This document shows positions 1 through 13,726 of a stretch of 53,448 nucleotides of DNA, in pieces (position 1 is the stretch's first letter; every line of letters begins with the position of its first letter). A program made the position numbers and the translations under genes. Origin of the DNA: Octopus bimaculoides (taxonomy: Eukaryota); NCBI RefSeq assembly GCF_001194135.2, contig NC_068983.1, positions 164,719,661 to 164,773,108 of the forward strand, read 5' to 3'. The notes under the pieces were generated by a model. It was not told the DNA's origin and did no database searches. It saw only the letters and a program-made list of their open reading frames with translations.

Positions 1-25
1 CTCTCTTCATATATATATATATAAA

Positions 26-449
26 ACGTTTGTTTCACAACCAGATGGTTCCGAGTTCAGTCGTACTGCGTGGCACCTTGGGTAAATATTTTCAATTAAA
101 GCTTTGACCTAACCAAAGCGTTGTAAGCGGATTTGGTAGACGGAAACTGAAAGAAGCCATCGTGTATGCGTATGTATGTATGTATGATTGTTGTGTGTGT
201 GTATGTGTGTGTGTGAGGGAGAGAGAGAAAGAGTGAGACCGAGTGTTTGTATCTGTGTTTGTCTTCCACCACGTCTTAACAACCGGTGCTGGTGTGTTAA
301 CGTCTTCATAACTTAGTGGTTCGGGAAAGAGATGATGAAATAAGTAACAGGCTTAAAAGACTAAGTACTGGGGATTCATTCGGCTAAACATTCTTCATTG
401 CTGTGGTCGAGTATGACCGCAGTCTAATGCCTGAAACAAGTAAAAGATA
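26..449 (+). mobile_element. CORE-type tRNA SINE with internal microsatellite (family B)
   Basis: ggttccgagttcagtc, CORE-like ggcaccttggg.., (TG)n insert, tail gaccgcagtctaatgcctgaaacaag. Confidence 0.75.
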
Positions 450-754
450 TACCGGAAGTTTATATAGAAATATGATATATTGATTAGTAAATTGAAATTT
501 GATTTGAGACCGTGATAGAGCGAAGCTAATTAATTATTGTACCAAGCAGCAACGAAGTTGTAGCTACGAAAAGGTAAACCAACTGGAGCAATGAGTGATT
601 GCTTTAATGATAGAAAGGTTCATGTTATTTGATTGGAACATGTGTTTCAGGTTTCTTCATGAAGCATTTTGTAAAACTGTAATTAGCTGTCAGAAAAGAT
701 GCTAGTAAATGCTTCGTTAACAGTTAAAGAATTTCTCAAATAGTAACGCGACTA

Positions 755-912
755 GGGCTGCGAGCTGGCAGAAACGTTAGCACGCCAGGCGAAATGCTTA
801 TCGGTATTTCGTCTGCCGCTACGTTCTGCGTTCAAATTCCGCCGAGGTCGACTTTGCTTTCATCATTTTGGGGTCGATTAAATAAGTACCAGTTATGTGA
901 GAAATAAAGAAA
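755..912 (+). mobile_element. Meta-type tRNA SINE (family A)
   Basis: Head gcgagctggcagaaacgttag, B-box-like gttcaaattcc, core gaggtcgactttgc..tcatc..ggggtcgat..aagtaccag. Confidence 0.8.
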
Positions 913-1226
913 TATATAGTAATGCGACTAAAGGAAAATAGTTTCTACCAGCAATAAAAAAAAAACTCCTTCAATTAATTCACATTTGGAAAAATGAATG
1001 TTATCTAAAAGTTCTCTTATGTATCCCCTTCGAGTTTCTCTTCTTTTGAATTTCCCATCTAACCAAATGCATATTCATACATATATGAAATATGTATTTA
1101 TTGTTGCATGGTGATGGCATTTTTGAAAGCGTGTAACAAGGTTAACTAAAAAATTAAGTATCATATTTACTCGGAATTTCTCTGTGAGTAAATATATTAA
1201 AATCATATAAATATATTTCTGTTAAA

Positions 1227-1441
1227 TGATCGATTCCCTTATCTATGGGTATCGATGCCAACATTCCCACGGATCGGAAGCTAGTCCGTCACAAGGGTGG
1301 ACCCATTTACAGCTGAGTGGACTGAAGCAGCATGAAATGAAGCGTTTTGCTCAAGAACACAACGCAGCGCCCGATCCTTGAATCGATCTGATTATCTTGG
1401 TGTCATGAGCACAGTACCCTAACCACTACGCCACGCACATT
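1227..1441 (-). mobile_element. CORE-type tRNA SINE (family C variant)
   Basis: Reverse complement gtggcgtagtggttaggg.. head and gtgttcttgagcaaaacgcttc CORE-like segment. Confidence 0.7.
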
Positions 1442-1515
1442 CAGTAATCATATGATATATATAGTTCAATTAACAAACATATTATAATAACAATATCATT
1501 ATTATTAAAGTTTGT

Positions 1516-1709
1516 CATCTGCCTTTAAGTTCTGAGTTCAAATTCCGCCGAGATCGACTCTACCTTTCATCCTTTCGGAATCAATAAATTAAGTACCAGT
1601 TGCGTACTAAGGTAGATCTAATCGACTGCCCCACCACCACCACCACCACCACCACCACCGCACCACCACCACCGCACTACCAAAATTTCTGCCTGGAGTA
1701 GAAAAGATT
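1516..1709 (+). mobile_element. 5'-truncated family A SINE with TSD and internal (CCA)n expansion
   Basis: Core motif present; direct repeat attattaaagtttgt at 1501-1515 and 1710-1724. Confidence 0.8.
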
Positions 1710-2608
1710 ATTATTAAAGTTTGTGGTCTATGCTTAAGGCAGTTTTGAAATGTTCACTCTCATATAGATATAGCAGACGCCATATCTATTAACTTAATTC
1801 CATACTTGAGCAAAAATATTAGATATCATTTTAATATTTTATTAGAGTTTGTCAACACAGCAAAATGAATCTTTATTTATTGGTTATGTTTGTAAACGGA
1901 AAATGCGTAGAATAAATAATTACCAAAGAAAAACATTATATATTTTGTTATTGCTATAATATTACAAGCTCGTCAGAGAATCATTGTTGTTTTGTGTTGT
2001 TGTTGTCGTTTATTTTAGCCCCAATTAGACACTGCCACATCAGCCCTATAATCAAAATATTTTCAGATCGTAAACAACCTGTGCTTTTTCAGGAATATCA
2101 ACCCACACTACATAATTAAGTGAATCTGATTTAAGACGTCATGGCGTGCTTTGTGGCTGTTGTTTTGTGCAGGCTGAGTAACAATGTGAAGAATCTCTTT
2201 TAGTTAGTGCCAAACACAGTTGTCTCTAAATGCATGTGGAACAATGTAAGCCTGTATAGTGACATCAGGTCACATAGTTATATGTTTCAAAATTGATTTT
2301 ATTCGAATGATAGGCGATAATGATCACTAGTTCCCTATCTAAGTGAATGATATATTGGTTACTCTTGCTAATTGCGTCTCTGATGTTTTCAGCATCAACT
2401 TGGTTTCTTATTATCACTTTACCGATCAGTTATTAAAGAAGTAAGTAATGAATGTTTGGTAGAATTGATTGCCACACCTAATCTCTGTTAGAAATGTCAA
2501 AACCATTTTTATAAGCACCGACCACGTGTCAAGTATAAGTCTTTGCATAGAATTAATGAAGGAGAATGCTTGATATACACCTTTCCATCAACAACAACAG
2601 CTATTCTA

Positions 2609-2773
2609 TAGGCGCAGGAGTGGCTGTGGGGTAAGTAAATCGCTTACCAACCACATGGTTCCGGGTTCAGTCCCACTGCATGGCATGTTGGGCAAGTATC
2701 TTCTATTATAGCCACGGGCCGACCAAAGCTTTATGAGTGGATTTGGTAGACGGAAACTGAAAGAAGCTCGTCG

Positions 2774-2826
<53 letters not shown>

Positions 2827-3068
2827 GTGTGTGTGTGTGTGTGTTGTGTGTGTGTGTATGTGTGTGTGTGTGTGTATGCGTTTGTGTTTGTGTATGTGTT
2901 TGTCACCCCCACCGCTGAACAACTGAGAATAGATACCGATAGAATAAGTACTTGGCTTACAAACAATAAGTCCTGAGGTGGATTTGTTTCACTAAAGACG
3001 GAGCTCCATGCGGCATGGCCGCAGTCAAATGGCTGAAACAAAAAAAGAATGAAAGAATAAAAGAATAA
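2609..3068 (+). mobile_element. Full-length family B SINE
   Basis: ggcgcaggagtggctgtgg head, ttgggcaagtatcttct CORE-like segment, (TA)n(TG)n, tail catggccgcagtcaaatggctgaaac. Confidence 0.85.
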
Positions 3069-4933
3069 ATTTACCAGAAGAATGTCTCAGTTGTTGCGGC
3101 CATGTTTAGTACTATCATCTCTAATTCATTGTTTGATTGGACGATCAGGTGTTAAAGCTTTGTTTTTTAACTTCTGTACCTTTCTGTCAAACCTATTACT
3201 AAAGTAAATGACACTTTAGATTAAACGTACTTTGAACGTTCACCTGCCGACATGGATAAAATGCGCTCCCCCGCTCTTTTTTTTTCTCGTTATATGCGAG
3301 AAATAGATTTCTCGAATATAAAATGCTTGAATGCATATTTTCAAATAATGGAAAGGAAATNNNNNNNNNNNNNNNNNNNNNNNNNNNNNNNNNNNNNNNN
3401 NNNNNNNNNNNNNNNNNNNNNNNNNNNNNNNNNNNNNNNNNNNNNNNNNNNNNNNNNNNNNNNNNNNNNNNNNNNNNNNNNNNNNNNNNNNNNNNNNNNN
3501 NNNNNNNNNNNNNNNNNNNNNNNNNNNNNNNNNNNNNNNNNNNNNNNNNNNNNNNNNNNNNNNNNNNNNNNNNNNNNNNNNNNNNNNNNNNNNNNNNNNN
3601 NNNNNNNNNNNNNNNNNNNNNNNNNNNNNNNNNNNNNNNNNNNNNNNNNNNNNNNNNNNNNNNNNNNNNNNNNNNNNNNNNNNNNNNNNNNNNNNNNNNN
3701 NNNNNNNNNNNNNNNNNNNNNNNNNNNNNNNNNNNNNNNNNNNNNNNNNNNNNNNNNNNNNNNNNNNNNNNNNNNNNNNNNNNNNNNNNNNNNNNNNNNN
3801 NNNNNNNNNNNNNNNNNNNNNNNNNNNNNNNNNNNNNNNNNNNNNNNNNNNNNNNNNNNNNNNNTGTGTGTGCATTGTTAAACAAAAATGATAGGGAAAG
3901 GAATTGAAATGTAAATTGAAAATTGGTATTACAACATGCACACACATAAATATACACACTCACACACGCACGCACATACGCGCATACATACACACACACA
4001 TATAATATATTAGAGAGAGATGTGTGTGTGTGTGTGTATTTGTGTGTCAGCGTGTGTGTGTGTGTGTATGCATGTGTGTTTGTGTGTGTGTGTGTGTGTG
4101 CGTGTGTGTGTGTGTGTGTAATTTTGTAATACCAATTTTGAACTTACATTTCAATTACTTTCCGTATCATCTTTGTTTAAGCATAATGCCAGTGACTGAT
4201 ACACTGCGTTACAAGAACGCAATAACATTTTACATGTATATTCTTTTGACGTCTGCTAACTAAATTTATTCATGTGAATTAATGTCTAGAGTTCGCAGCA
4301 TCAAACTTAGTTAAATATGTTTCAGTGAAGTCATCTGATTTTTTTCTTTTCTTCTAAAGAACAACCAACAGTTTATTTTGCATAAATTGCATTATGCCTT
4401 CAGATAAATGCATGAAATCTATATCACTGAATTTTAGTGAAAGTAGTAAAAGAAGACCATTTATGAGGAATGATATGTAAACTGGAATAGGTATATTCTA
4501 TATATTCTATATAATTACATTCCCTTCATGTGTGCTAACACAATGAAATCTCTGGTTTTACAAACATATCGATACCTTGGTGACGTCATTCTTTTAATTC
4601 CTGTCAGATTAAATGTTTCTGTTTATGTTTTAAGATAGGGGATGTGTCTTAAAGGCACTCTGCTTGCAATATTTTAGAAATATAGATAAACAAAGGCTCT
4701 CGAGTCATATCTGGTCTTCAGCCAAGAACGTAAGTAGTAACTGAACTATCGTTGAAAGATATATAGATGGTATCAAAAGCTGTAAACTATGCACTGCGGA
4801 GAAACGTTTTCGAATGAAAATGTAACTGGAATCTTCTCGATGAAACGAGAACTAAGTCTTTAGACGGGGTGGAAGCTATCTCGAATTACGCACATAAAGC
4901 AATAAATGATAACGTTAATATCGTGTTCAAACT

Positions 4934-5149
4934 AAGGCGGCGCACTGGCAGAAACGTTAGGACGCCGGGCGAAATGCTTAGCGGTATTTCGTCTCTGTCT
5001 TTACGTTGTGAGTTCAACTTCCGCCGAGGTCGACTATGCCTTTCATCCTTCCGGGGTCGATAAATTAAGTACCAGTTGCGTACTGGGGTCAATATAATCG
5101 ACTGGCCTCCTCCCTAAAAATTTCGGGCCTTGTGCTTAGAGTAGAAAGG
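4934..5149 (+). mobile_element. Full-length family A SINE
   Basis: Head, core and tail present; degenerate 17-bp TSD at 4917-4933 and 5150-5166. Confidence 0.85.
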
Positions 5150-6009
5150 AATATTGTGTCGAAACTTCATTTTAGATTGAAAATGCCGAAAATTTGCTCT
5201 ACATTTTTTCATACATTGATTCTCCTTATGCACTAAATGCTAAATTATTCTTCTATATAGCTACTCATTAATTGCCATTACAAGAGTTAAACACGAATAC
5301 TTCTGTAAAATATTTCGATATTTAAGGACTCAGCACGCAAGAATACAGCTGTCTGAAAATTTGAAACATTAATCTCGAATTATAACGATTTTTTTTCAGA
5401 TTACTTTCAAATGTTATCAAAATTTATGAAAGTGGAATAATAAAACATACCATATATGTCATTACATAAAATTTGTTCTGTGAATATCCTATACTGGAAA
5501 GCAAGTATTAATTTCTCGTTTGCTTTCCATATATATNNNNNNNNNNTGTGTGTGTGTGTGTGTGTGTGTATACGGCAAATAAGTAAATGGAGAGGATACA
5601 AAAACGACATACATCAGCTGGTAGACATAATAGAATGTCTACCGGCTGATGTATGGCGTATTTGTATCCTCTCCATTTTCTTATTTGCCGTATGAATTAA
5701 GGGTAAACCACTTTTTACCCCCACCCATATATGACACTCAATTGCGAGATTGCCATGCAATAACCAGCATACGAGCTACCAATAGTTTCATGCCTTGGGG
5801 ATATGAGTCTAGGCAGGTTTTTATAACACGCTTTGTGTCTCCAAGCAATCTCTGGGCTCTGAGGCCATGCCGTATTTATTTGACAATCAAGACGCTTGTA
5901 CATGAAAAATCACAAAAAAGAGACGAGTAGAAAAACGTAATAAAATGTATGTATGTATGTATATGCATATATGTGTATATAATATATATATGTGTGTGTA
6001 TATGTGTTA

Positions 6010-6235
6010 TTTCTTTACTACCCACAAGGGGCTACACACAGAGGGGACAAACAAGGACAGACAAACGGATTAAGTCGATTATATCGACCCCAGTGCGTAA
6101 CTGGTACTTATTTAATCAACCCCGAAAGGATGAAAGGCAAAGTCGACCCCGGCGGAATTTGAACTCAGAACGTAGCGGCAGACGAAATACCGGTAAGCAT
6201 TTCGTCCGGCGTACGAACGATTCTGTCAGCTCATT
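6010..6235 (-). mobile_element. Family A SINE, subfamily with an alternative 3' tail
   Basis: Reverse complement of head and core; tail ..cccttgtgggtagtaaagaaata. Confidence 0.8.
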
Positions 6236-7017
6236 ACCATATATGAACTCTCTACTATATATGTGACAGCTTAAACTCGGCTACTCCGATGTTGCACGCA
6301 TATATCAAATATATTGCACATTCCTAAAGTTATAACGGAGCAATAGAGCCGAATGCAAACGCAATAATGACAGGAGGCAAAGAGTTATTATTTGAAATCC
6401 TTCGTTGGTAAGGTACGCTTCAAAAGATTTACATATATCTCATCAGCCGAGGTTATTGAACTGTGGCAAAGGCTCTCTAATATCACTCTTACATACTATC
6501 AGATTTATATAGCAGTAAGGATACGAATAAAACAAAACAAAGAATAAAATATATGCTAAGAACCAACACAAAATACAGAAATAATAATGACAAAAATAAA
6601 AGGGTGTGGATTACACAGGCAATAGTCCCTAGTTGATATCTAATTAAATATCTAATTATCCCCAAACGGCAGAAATATTACCTACGAAGATAGTTTTTCA
6701 TATACGTAGCAAAGTTATATTGATCGAATCGTAGTATCTGCTTGCAAAATAATTATAAATTAATAAAACGACTGTATAGTGAGGTTATAATGACACGAGA
6801 TATAACAAGACAACTGGTCGTTGATATGTTTTAAGTAGGCAAGAGAGATAATCATTGTAAACGCAACATCAAGTTTCAAATAAGTATTCCAAATCGCAAC
6901 AGACAATAACGCAACGTTTAGCCTAAGTTTAAGCAACGCGTGAAATAGTAAAGAGCTTCAAAGTTCATTCAGATTTCAATGTATTTGATAAATTTCAGAT
7001 ACTTCTTCAATTTAATC

Positions 7018-7240
7018 TTTTACTTCTTTCAATCATTAGACTGCGGTCAAGTTGGGGCACCGCCTTAAAGAATGTTTCTTTTTTCAAATGAATCGAACCC
7101 AGTACTTATTTTCAAGCCTGATAGCTGTCTTCTATCGGTATATTTTGGCGAGCCGCTAAGTTACGGGGACGTAAACACACCAACACTGGTTATCAAGCGG
7201 TGATGGACGGACAGACTGACACAAACGTACACGCGCATAT
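7018..7240 (-). mobile_element. Family B SINE, 3' half
   Basis: Reverse complement of the tail and post-microsatellite segment; runs into a gap. Confidence 0.75.
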
Positions 7241-7535
7241 ATATATATATATATATATANNNNNNNNNNNNNNNNNNNNNNNNNNNNNNNNNNNNNNNNN
7301 NNNNNNNNNNNNNNNNNNNNNNNNNNNNNNNNNNNNNNNNNNNNNNNNNNNNNNNNNNNNNNNNNNNNNNNNNNNNNNNNNNNNNNNNNNNNNNNNNNNN
7401 NNNNNNNNNNNNNNNNNNNNNNNNNNNNNNNNNNNNNNNNNNNNNNNNNNNNNNNNNNNNNNNNNNNNNNNNNNNNNNNNNNNNNNNNNNNNNNNNNNNN
7501 NNNNNNNNNNNNNNNNNNNNNNNNNNNNNNNNNNN

Positions 7536-7570
<35 letters not shown>

Positions 7571-9861
7571 CGCGCGCGCGCGTGTAATGTATGTTTATAA
7601 TTTACTGCTCCGTTAAGGTTTCTTGATAAAATATCATATACCACGCGAAATAAATACCTCATTTTTTTGTGTACATAATTATAAGTACTTAGCTGTATTG
7701 TTTGCGTAGGTATATCCGCACATTAGCTTGTCCCTATGTGTGGGTCTGCATATAAATGTCGAGATGCATCTATGTACTTGTGTTTATACGTATGCGCCTT
7801 ATTGTGGGAATGGAATTTGTGCATTTGGCACTGTAATGGAGGAATGCCCAACCACGTTTCGTGGTTCGCTACCTCAACAGCTCCTTTATAGGATCCAGTG
7901 GCTAAGGACATCATCAGGAGGAACCACGTCTGGTTTCGGTCCCTACCCCTCTACCGTTTTCAACGGGGCAGGGCACCCCCTTTCGGGGGTGTCTTCAGCT
8001 CTGGCGTTGAGTGTGTTTTTTCTCTTTTCCTTTGGACTTTTGTCCTTTGGTTTCTTCGATGCAGCGTCAATGAATGTCAGCGGGCGAATAACCACCCTGC
8101 CAAATCTTCTTCTAAATACTCGCCGGTAGGCTCCAGCGATCAGTGCCGGCTAACTGTCACGTGACACAATCTACTGACTAATAGAGGGGAAGGGCGCGTA
8201 CTTTGGCCCGCACTCTTTAGACCTACCTTCCAACAAAGTCGTGTTAGTTTCAGTTCCAGCAGCCAGAGCTGACTAGTTATCAGGTGGTACAAGCTTTCGA
8301 ACTATCGGGGAGGAGGGCGCGCAAAGGAACGAGATGGTTCCGTTGAACCACCTGTCAAGCAACATAAATTTTGATGTCACTGCAAGTAATAAATCTTGTC
8401 AATAACTCTTCCCCTGTCGCCCTGTAGTCTACCTCTATTGGGCTCTAACTCAAACGATCATAAATTTATGGTTTTTGTGTCTCAATACAGTTGTAATTTG
8501 AAACCGCTAAACTGGATGTAAAGTGTCGTATCAACTTGATATAGTTATATATTTTTTATTAGACCATCACTTGATGTTACTGTTAGTGCTATTTTTATTG
8601 CTTATATTTTATTTTTATTTATTTCATTTTTTCTTTTGTAATTTCGTATTTTTATATTTGGCAATTTGATCCTGATCTTGTATTTAATCCGTTAATCTGT
8701 TTTTACGTTTCGGCACATTTTTTGGTTACATAAAGGTGGTATTAAAGGTCTGTAGTCATAGTTTGATACATTTAGCTGAAGATGTGATTTTGTGGATAGA
8801 ATATTTTTGAAACGAGTGTACAAAGGAAGAATTCGAAGGAACAGTAATTCGTTTTTTGTCATTATTTTAACCACACAGAATGCATGTTAAGGTAAGATCA
8901 ACATAAAAGTACTTCATGCAGTGAGAGATAAATATCATTTAATGTACGAAGGATAAAAATATGAGCTACTAATGTTTCTTGTCTGAAGACACGAGTCTAG
9001 GTAGTTTTTTATAAGCATTGTGTCTCCAATGCAAGAAACTATTAGTAGCTCGTATCTTTTTATTTATTTATTACATTAAACGACATACATATTTATAAAT
9101 AACTATTTTGGCCGGCATCAAAGTAGATGTGACAAATTGTGGGCCAGTATGTTTTGGTATACATTGTACTCTGACAGAGTAACCAACTAATATAACGCAT
9201 GCGCTGTGAATATCTTTCATACACGACTTAAGAATTATTTCAAGGATTACTTTAACTGAATAGCTAATCGCTAGTCTTCTTCTACAGACATAATCTTGTT
9301 CATATTTTGTCTTTCTAATCCATAATCAATACTATAATGTTTTGGTAATTCTCAGATAAAAGCTGATTAATTTTTCAGGTGGTTACTGATGCATATGTCT
9401 ATAATATAGTAATACATTATCATCTTCATTCAGTAATCTGCTGCTCTCTTGGGTTTCCTTTTTGGCTATCAGCGTATAATACAGGATCTTTAACCTCGTG
9501 TTTCTACATTAATATTTATGAGTAGTGCTTCAGGTTTTACCTCCAGGCTTCGATATATATCGTTAATGTTCTTCAGTTTCAATTTTATTCCACATCATAT
9601 CTTAAGTAATGAAATTATGTATATGAAGTCTAACACTATAGGACTATCGTTTTGTGTGCTGTACATTGTGCTGAATCTAAATTTGCGGTTTCATTAAAAC
9701 CACAATGTCGATTAATATTAATTTTAGTTCGTATGTAAATGCCTGAATTAGTTCACTCCCAAGAAAGCTCCATTTTATCTCTGAATACAGTAATTTACAT
9801 CTATTTGCACAAAGTTGTATCTATTTAATGAACTGCTATTTCTAATATTTAGAGAATATAA

Positions 9862-10068
9862 AAGGAAACGAGCTGGCAAAATCGTTAGTATGCCGGACAA
9901 AATGCTTAGCGGCATTTCGTCCGTCTTTACGTTCTGAGTTCAAATGCTGCTGAGGTCGACTTTGCCTTTCATACTTTCGAGGTCGATAGAATAAGTACCA
10001 GTTGATGTAATTGATTTACCCCCTCCTCCGATATTGCTGGCTTTGTGCCAAAATCTGAAATCAATGAT
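9862..10068 (+). mobile_element. Family A SINE (older tail type)
   Basis: Head and core plus attgctggctttgtgccaaaat tail. Confidence 0.8.
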
Positions 10069-11271
10069 TAGAGGATGTGTGATGGAAAACCTGAACGCAA
10101 TCTAAGTGCGCAACGAGGTTTGTTCTTCGATTCATATTTAATGTCAGTTCATCTGACATTGGTAATGCTCTTATGAAAGGCAAAATGATTGCATTGTTTA
10201 ATTATTCTCATTCAAAAATGGGTTTTTATCAATATATGTATATATTCATATAGTTGGCATTGTAGCAGAAATGGACCAGAGTGGTGAGTAACTGGAAAAA
10301 GTGTATCTATTATGAATACTACGATGATAACACAGTACGATTTAGTTAAAGTGATTATAGAGTAGCAACAGTGAGAATCGCTTTAATAACATACTTAAAT
10401 ACTTACTTAGTTACGAAAATGTAAGTGAAATCATTGGAAAGTCCTTATTTACGAAAATATAAGTGCATTTATTACCGAATCACAGAAATCACATGAGAGA
10501 AGTAAACGGTTAAAAAGGATAAAATCAAACCACCCCACTCCTTACCAGAAATGTAATATATTTGTTAATAGAAGCATTTTCCTCATATCTTGAAGAAAAT
10601 CGAGTTTCATCTTTCAGAAATACGGTGTTCGGTATCACTGTTAATAACGAGAATACATCAGCCAGAATTTCCAATATTTTTTAATAAATTAAGTATTGAT
10701 TAATTTTCAGATAAATTGATTTCAATAAAACGCTACTGTATCATTCATTCATAATTTAAAACTGATACGACTTACTTTCTGAAAATTCAAAACATTCTGT
10801 AAATGAAATTTTGTTTCTCGAATAATGATGGCGGTTTAGCAACATTTAACAACGCACAATTCATAGCGCATATGGGTTTTAGCTGCAACTTGAAATACCC
10901 AGAAAAATTAATGTATTTTATCATACATCTGGCCTCGATATAAACATCATCTCTAGACAGATTTTTGCATCTCAATTATGGCAGAAGAAATCTTCAAGCA
11001 GGGATAGTTACAAAGAAAAGCGAAAACGGAAGAGAGGGTATTGTGTGGGTTTTTACGTAGATACGAACATAGAAGACGAGAAAGAGAGAGATTCCATTTC
11101 CTATCACTGGACTGTGAAAGGAAATGAAATTATCTTAACATTTTCTGCTGATTAATTATTTTCAAGCTACTCCTACAGCAAAGGTGAAGCGGTTTTCAGA
11201 ACCGGAATGAATCTCTGAAGACGCGTACAATAGTGCAATGTGTTCTTTACATTGTTAATATACTCTCGTCT

Positions 11272-11488
11272 AAGGCAGCGAGCTGGCAGAAACGTTAGCA
11301 TGCCGGGCGCAATGCATTGTGGTATTTCGTCTGTCTTTATGTTCTGAGTTCAAATTCCGCCGAGGTCGACTTTGCCTTTCATCCTTTCGGGATCGATAAA
11401 TTAATTACCAGCTGCATATTGGGGTAGATCTGATCGACTGGCCCCCTTCCTCCAAAATTTCGGGCCTTGTGCCTAGAGCAGAAATGGA
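11272..11488 (+). mobile_element. Full-length family A SINE
   Basis: Head, core and tail. Confidence 0.85.
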
Positions 11489-12333
11489 TACACTCTCTTC
11501 TGTATTAAGCGGAGCTGTCTCTGCCAATTCTGCTACTTGGGTTTTGGTGTAGCCCGGTCAGTTGATGACACGTTGCCTTTGCATAAATTTCAACAACACA
11601 ATATAATTTGTTCATATCCCTGTAAGTATAAGCACGTCTATATGACTGGTATATTCGTAGACACCTCAGCTGCAATGTACCAAAAGAGAAAAGAAAAATA
11701 ATATTCCTTTCTTCACAGAGGATAGTTTTGCTCTGCGGACACCTGGGGTATGAACCCAGTACGCTTCCACTGAATCCTTCTGCTCGACGGGAGACCAAGC
11801 AAATATATAATGTATAATTTCTTACATCGTCTGTTCTGCATTACATCATTTCTCTTACATCATCCATCATTGTTGTTTGCTTATTATATATGTATTTATT
11901 TCTAAGCATTGGTAACTACACAATGCATGTTGCAGCATTGGGATGTTAATTTACTTGCTTAAAGGTGACATTTGACAAAGCATTTGATAAGCCACATGCA
12001 GAGCTCTATGCGTTGCAAATAACTTTTTGAATCGCTCTTCATTTGTCATTGTCACATTCGTCAGAAGCAAATCTGTTCCATAAATGTTTCCGCAACTCAG
12101 TACAACAAAAGAACCTGCTCGTTGGAGTTAGTATACTATATTAATGCAGTATATTATAATATTATCGATATATTCTATCAGAATACTATACTAAAACATC
12201 ATTTGTTTTAATATATTAGTTAAATATACTATAGTACTATACTATAAAGATTGAAAAAAGGCCATAGAAATATCATAATGATTAAGCAGTTTTGCTTACG
12301 TCTTAAATGCAAGAAATACCTACGAGAAATAAT

Positions 12334-12470
12334 CTTTTCTACTCTAGGAACAGGGCCCGAAATTTTTCGGGAGGGGCCAGTCGATTAGATCGAACCCAGT
12401 ACGCAACTGGTAATTAATTTATCAAACTCGAAAGGACGAAAGGCAAAGTCGACCTCGGAGGAATTTAACT
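12334..12470 (-). mobile_element. 5'-truncated family A SINE
   Basis: Reverse complement of core and tail; flanked by cgagaaa(a)taat direct repeats. Confidence 0.8.
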
Positions 12471-13726
12471 TCGAGAAAATAATGCCTGATAAAATTTCCT
12501 TCACAATGTTTTCCTTGTTACCTAAATCTGTCATAATGCTTCTCTCGCTGTCTCTTGTCTCTCTCCCTCTCTCCCCATCGTCGCATGTATGTCCATGAAT
12601 TCTATCGTCGTCTTGTTCTCTTTCTTTTTTTAATTTCATTCCTGGTATTTCTCTCTTATCGAAATCACAAGTTTAATCTTCTTTATATTTAGTGTTTTGT
12701 TGACGCTCATTAGTGTTTCTAAGCACTAGTAATATATATTACATTGATTTAATCGACTAGACCGATTGCTTTTAAGAAACCGACCTGAACAAAATTCTCA
12801 TTCAATTAATAGATAACAAAAGCAAAGCAAATGATGGAACATGGATAAAATCAAATCTATTAGTGAGATTAACAACAGTGTGGATGATGTTATCTTTGAA
12901 CAAAACCTTCAAGTCAGAGATTTTAAAATGATTTGACATCGAAATTTTATTGTTATTTCGGAAGTTCTTTGTGAGTAACAGTAAATAAGTAAAAGTAAAA
13001 GATAAAGAATAAAAGCTTAAACAATAGCTGTATGTATATAGACACCAACAAATAAGAAAATCAAACGCAAATGAATGATTGATAAACTGACGAACGAATA
13101 TATAAACAGATTATGAAAAATACTATGATAAATTTTTCTGTATCCGGATGTATATTTCGTCATATTAAGATGATCGGAAATCGTGTAACGGATTCAATAC
13201 GCAGAGGGTAGTGATGTCAATTAGAAACGAAAAGTTAATAAGAGAAGAAAATAGTGACAAAAATAATACACTTGAAGAACCAGAATTTCTCATCTTATTT
13301 GATTAACCACATAGATTGTTGTTGTTCGTAAATATTCATTTAATTTTTCAAGTCAATGTATAATAAATGCTTATGATACTATATGTTTCTATAAGATGAC
13401 TAGATCCATAACGCAAATTGTGATTAGCAGTCAGATCTATTGACAGTTTTGTGTATTAGTCACTTTGAAGATATAATTAGGAATGTTTACAGAACATACT
13501 TTGCGGTTGTTAATTAAATAATGCACCCGCTGTTTACATTAGTGAAAACTATTTGGACATGAGATCTAGTCACAGTAAGTCGAGGTCAGGGTGTTTGATG
13601 ATTTAACGCTATAGTCGCACCGAGCAGACCGGGATAGAAATGTTTAGCATTTCAGTTACAAACCATTTTTCATTGGAAAATTACTATTTGTAAATCTCAC
13701 AACGAAAGATATTCAGCGACATTACT

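Noticed and set aside
9270-9830. Possible decayed APE endonuclease remnant on the minus strand (LIDIVVL, LLINI)
   Set aside because: Similarity is too weak to call by eye.
11505-11798. 97-aa minus-strand ORF and nearby splice-like sites
   Set aside because: No recognisable domain and no consistent exon chain.
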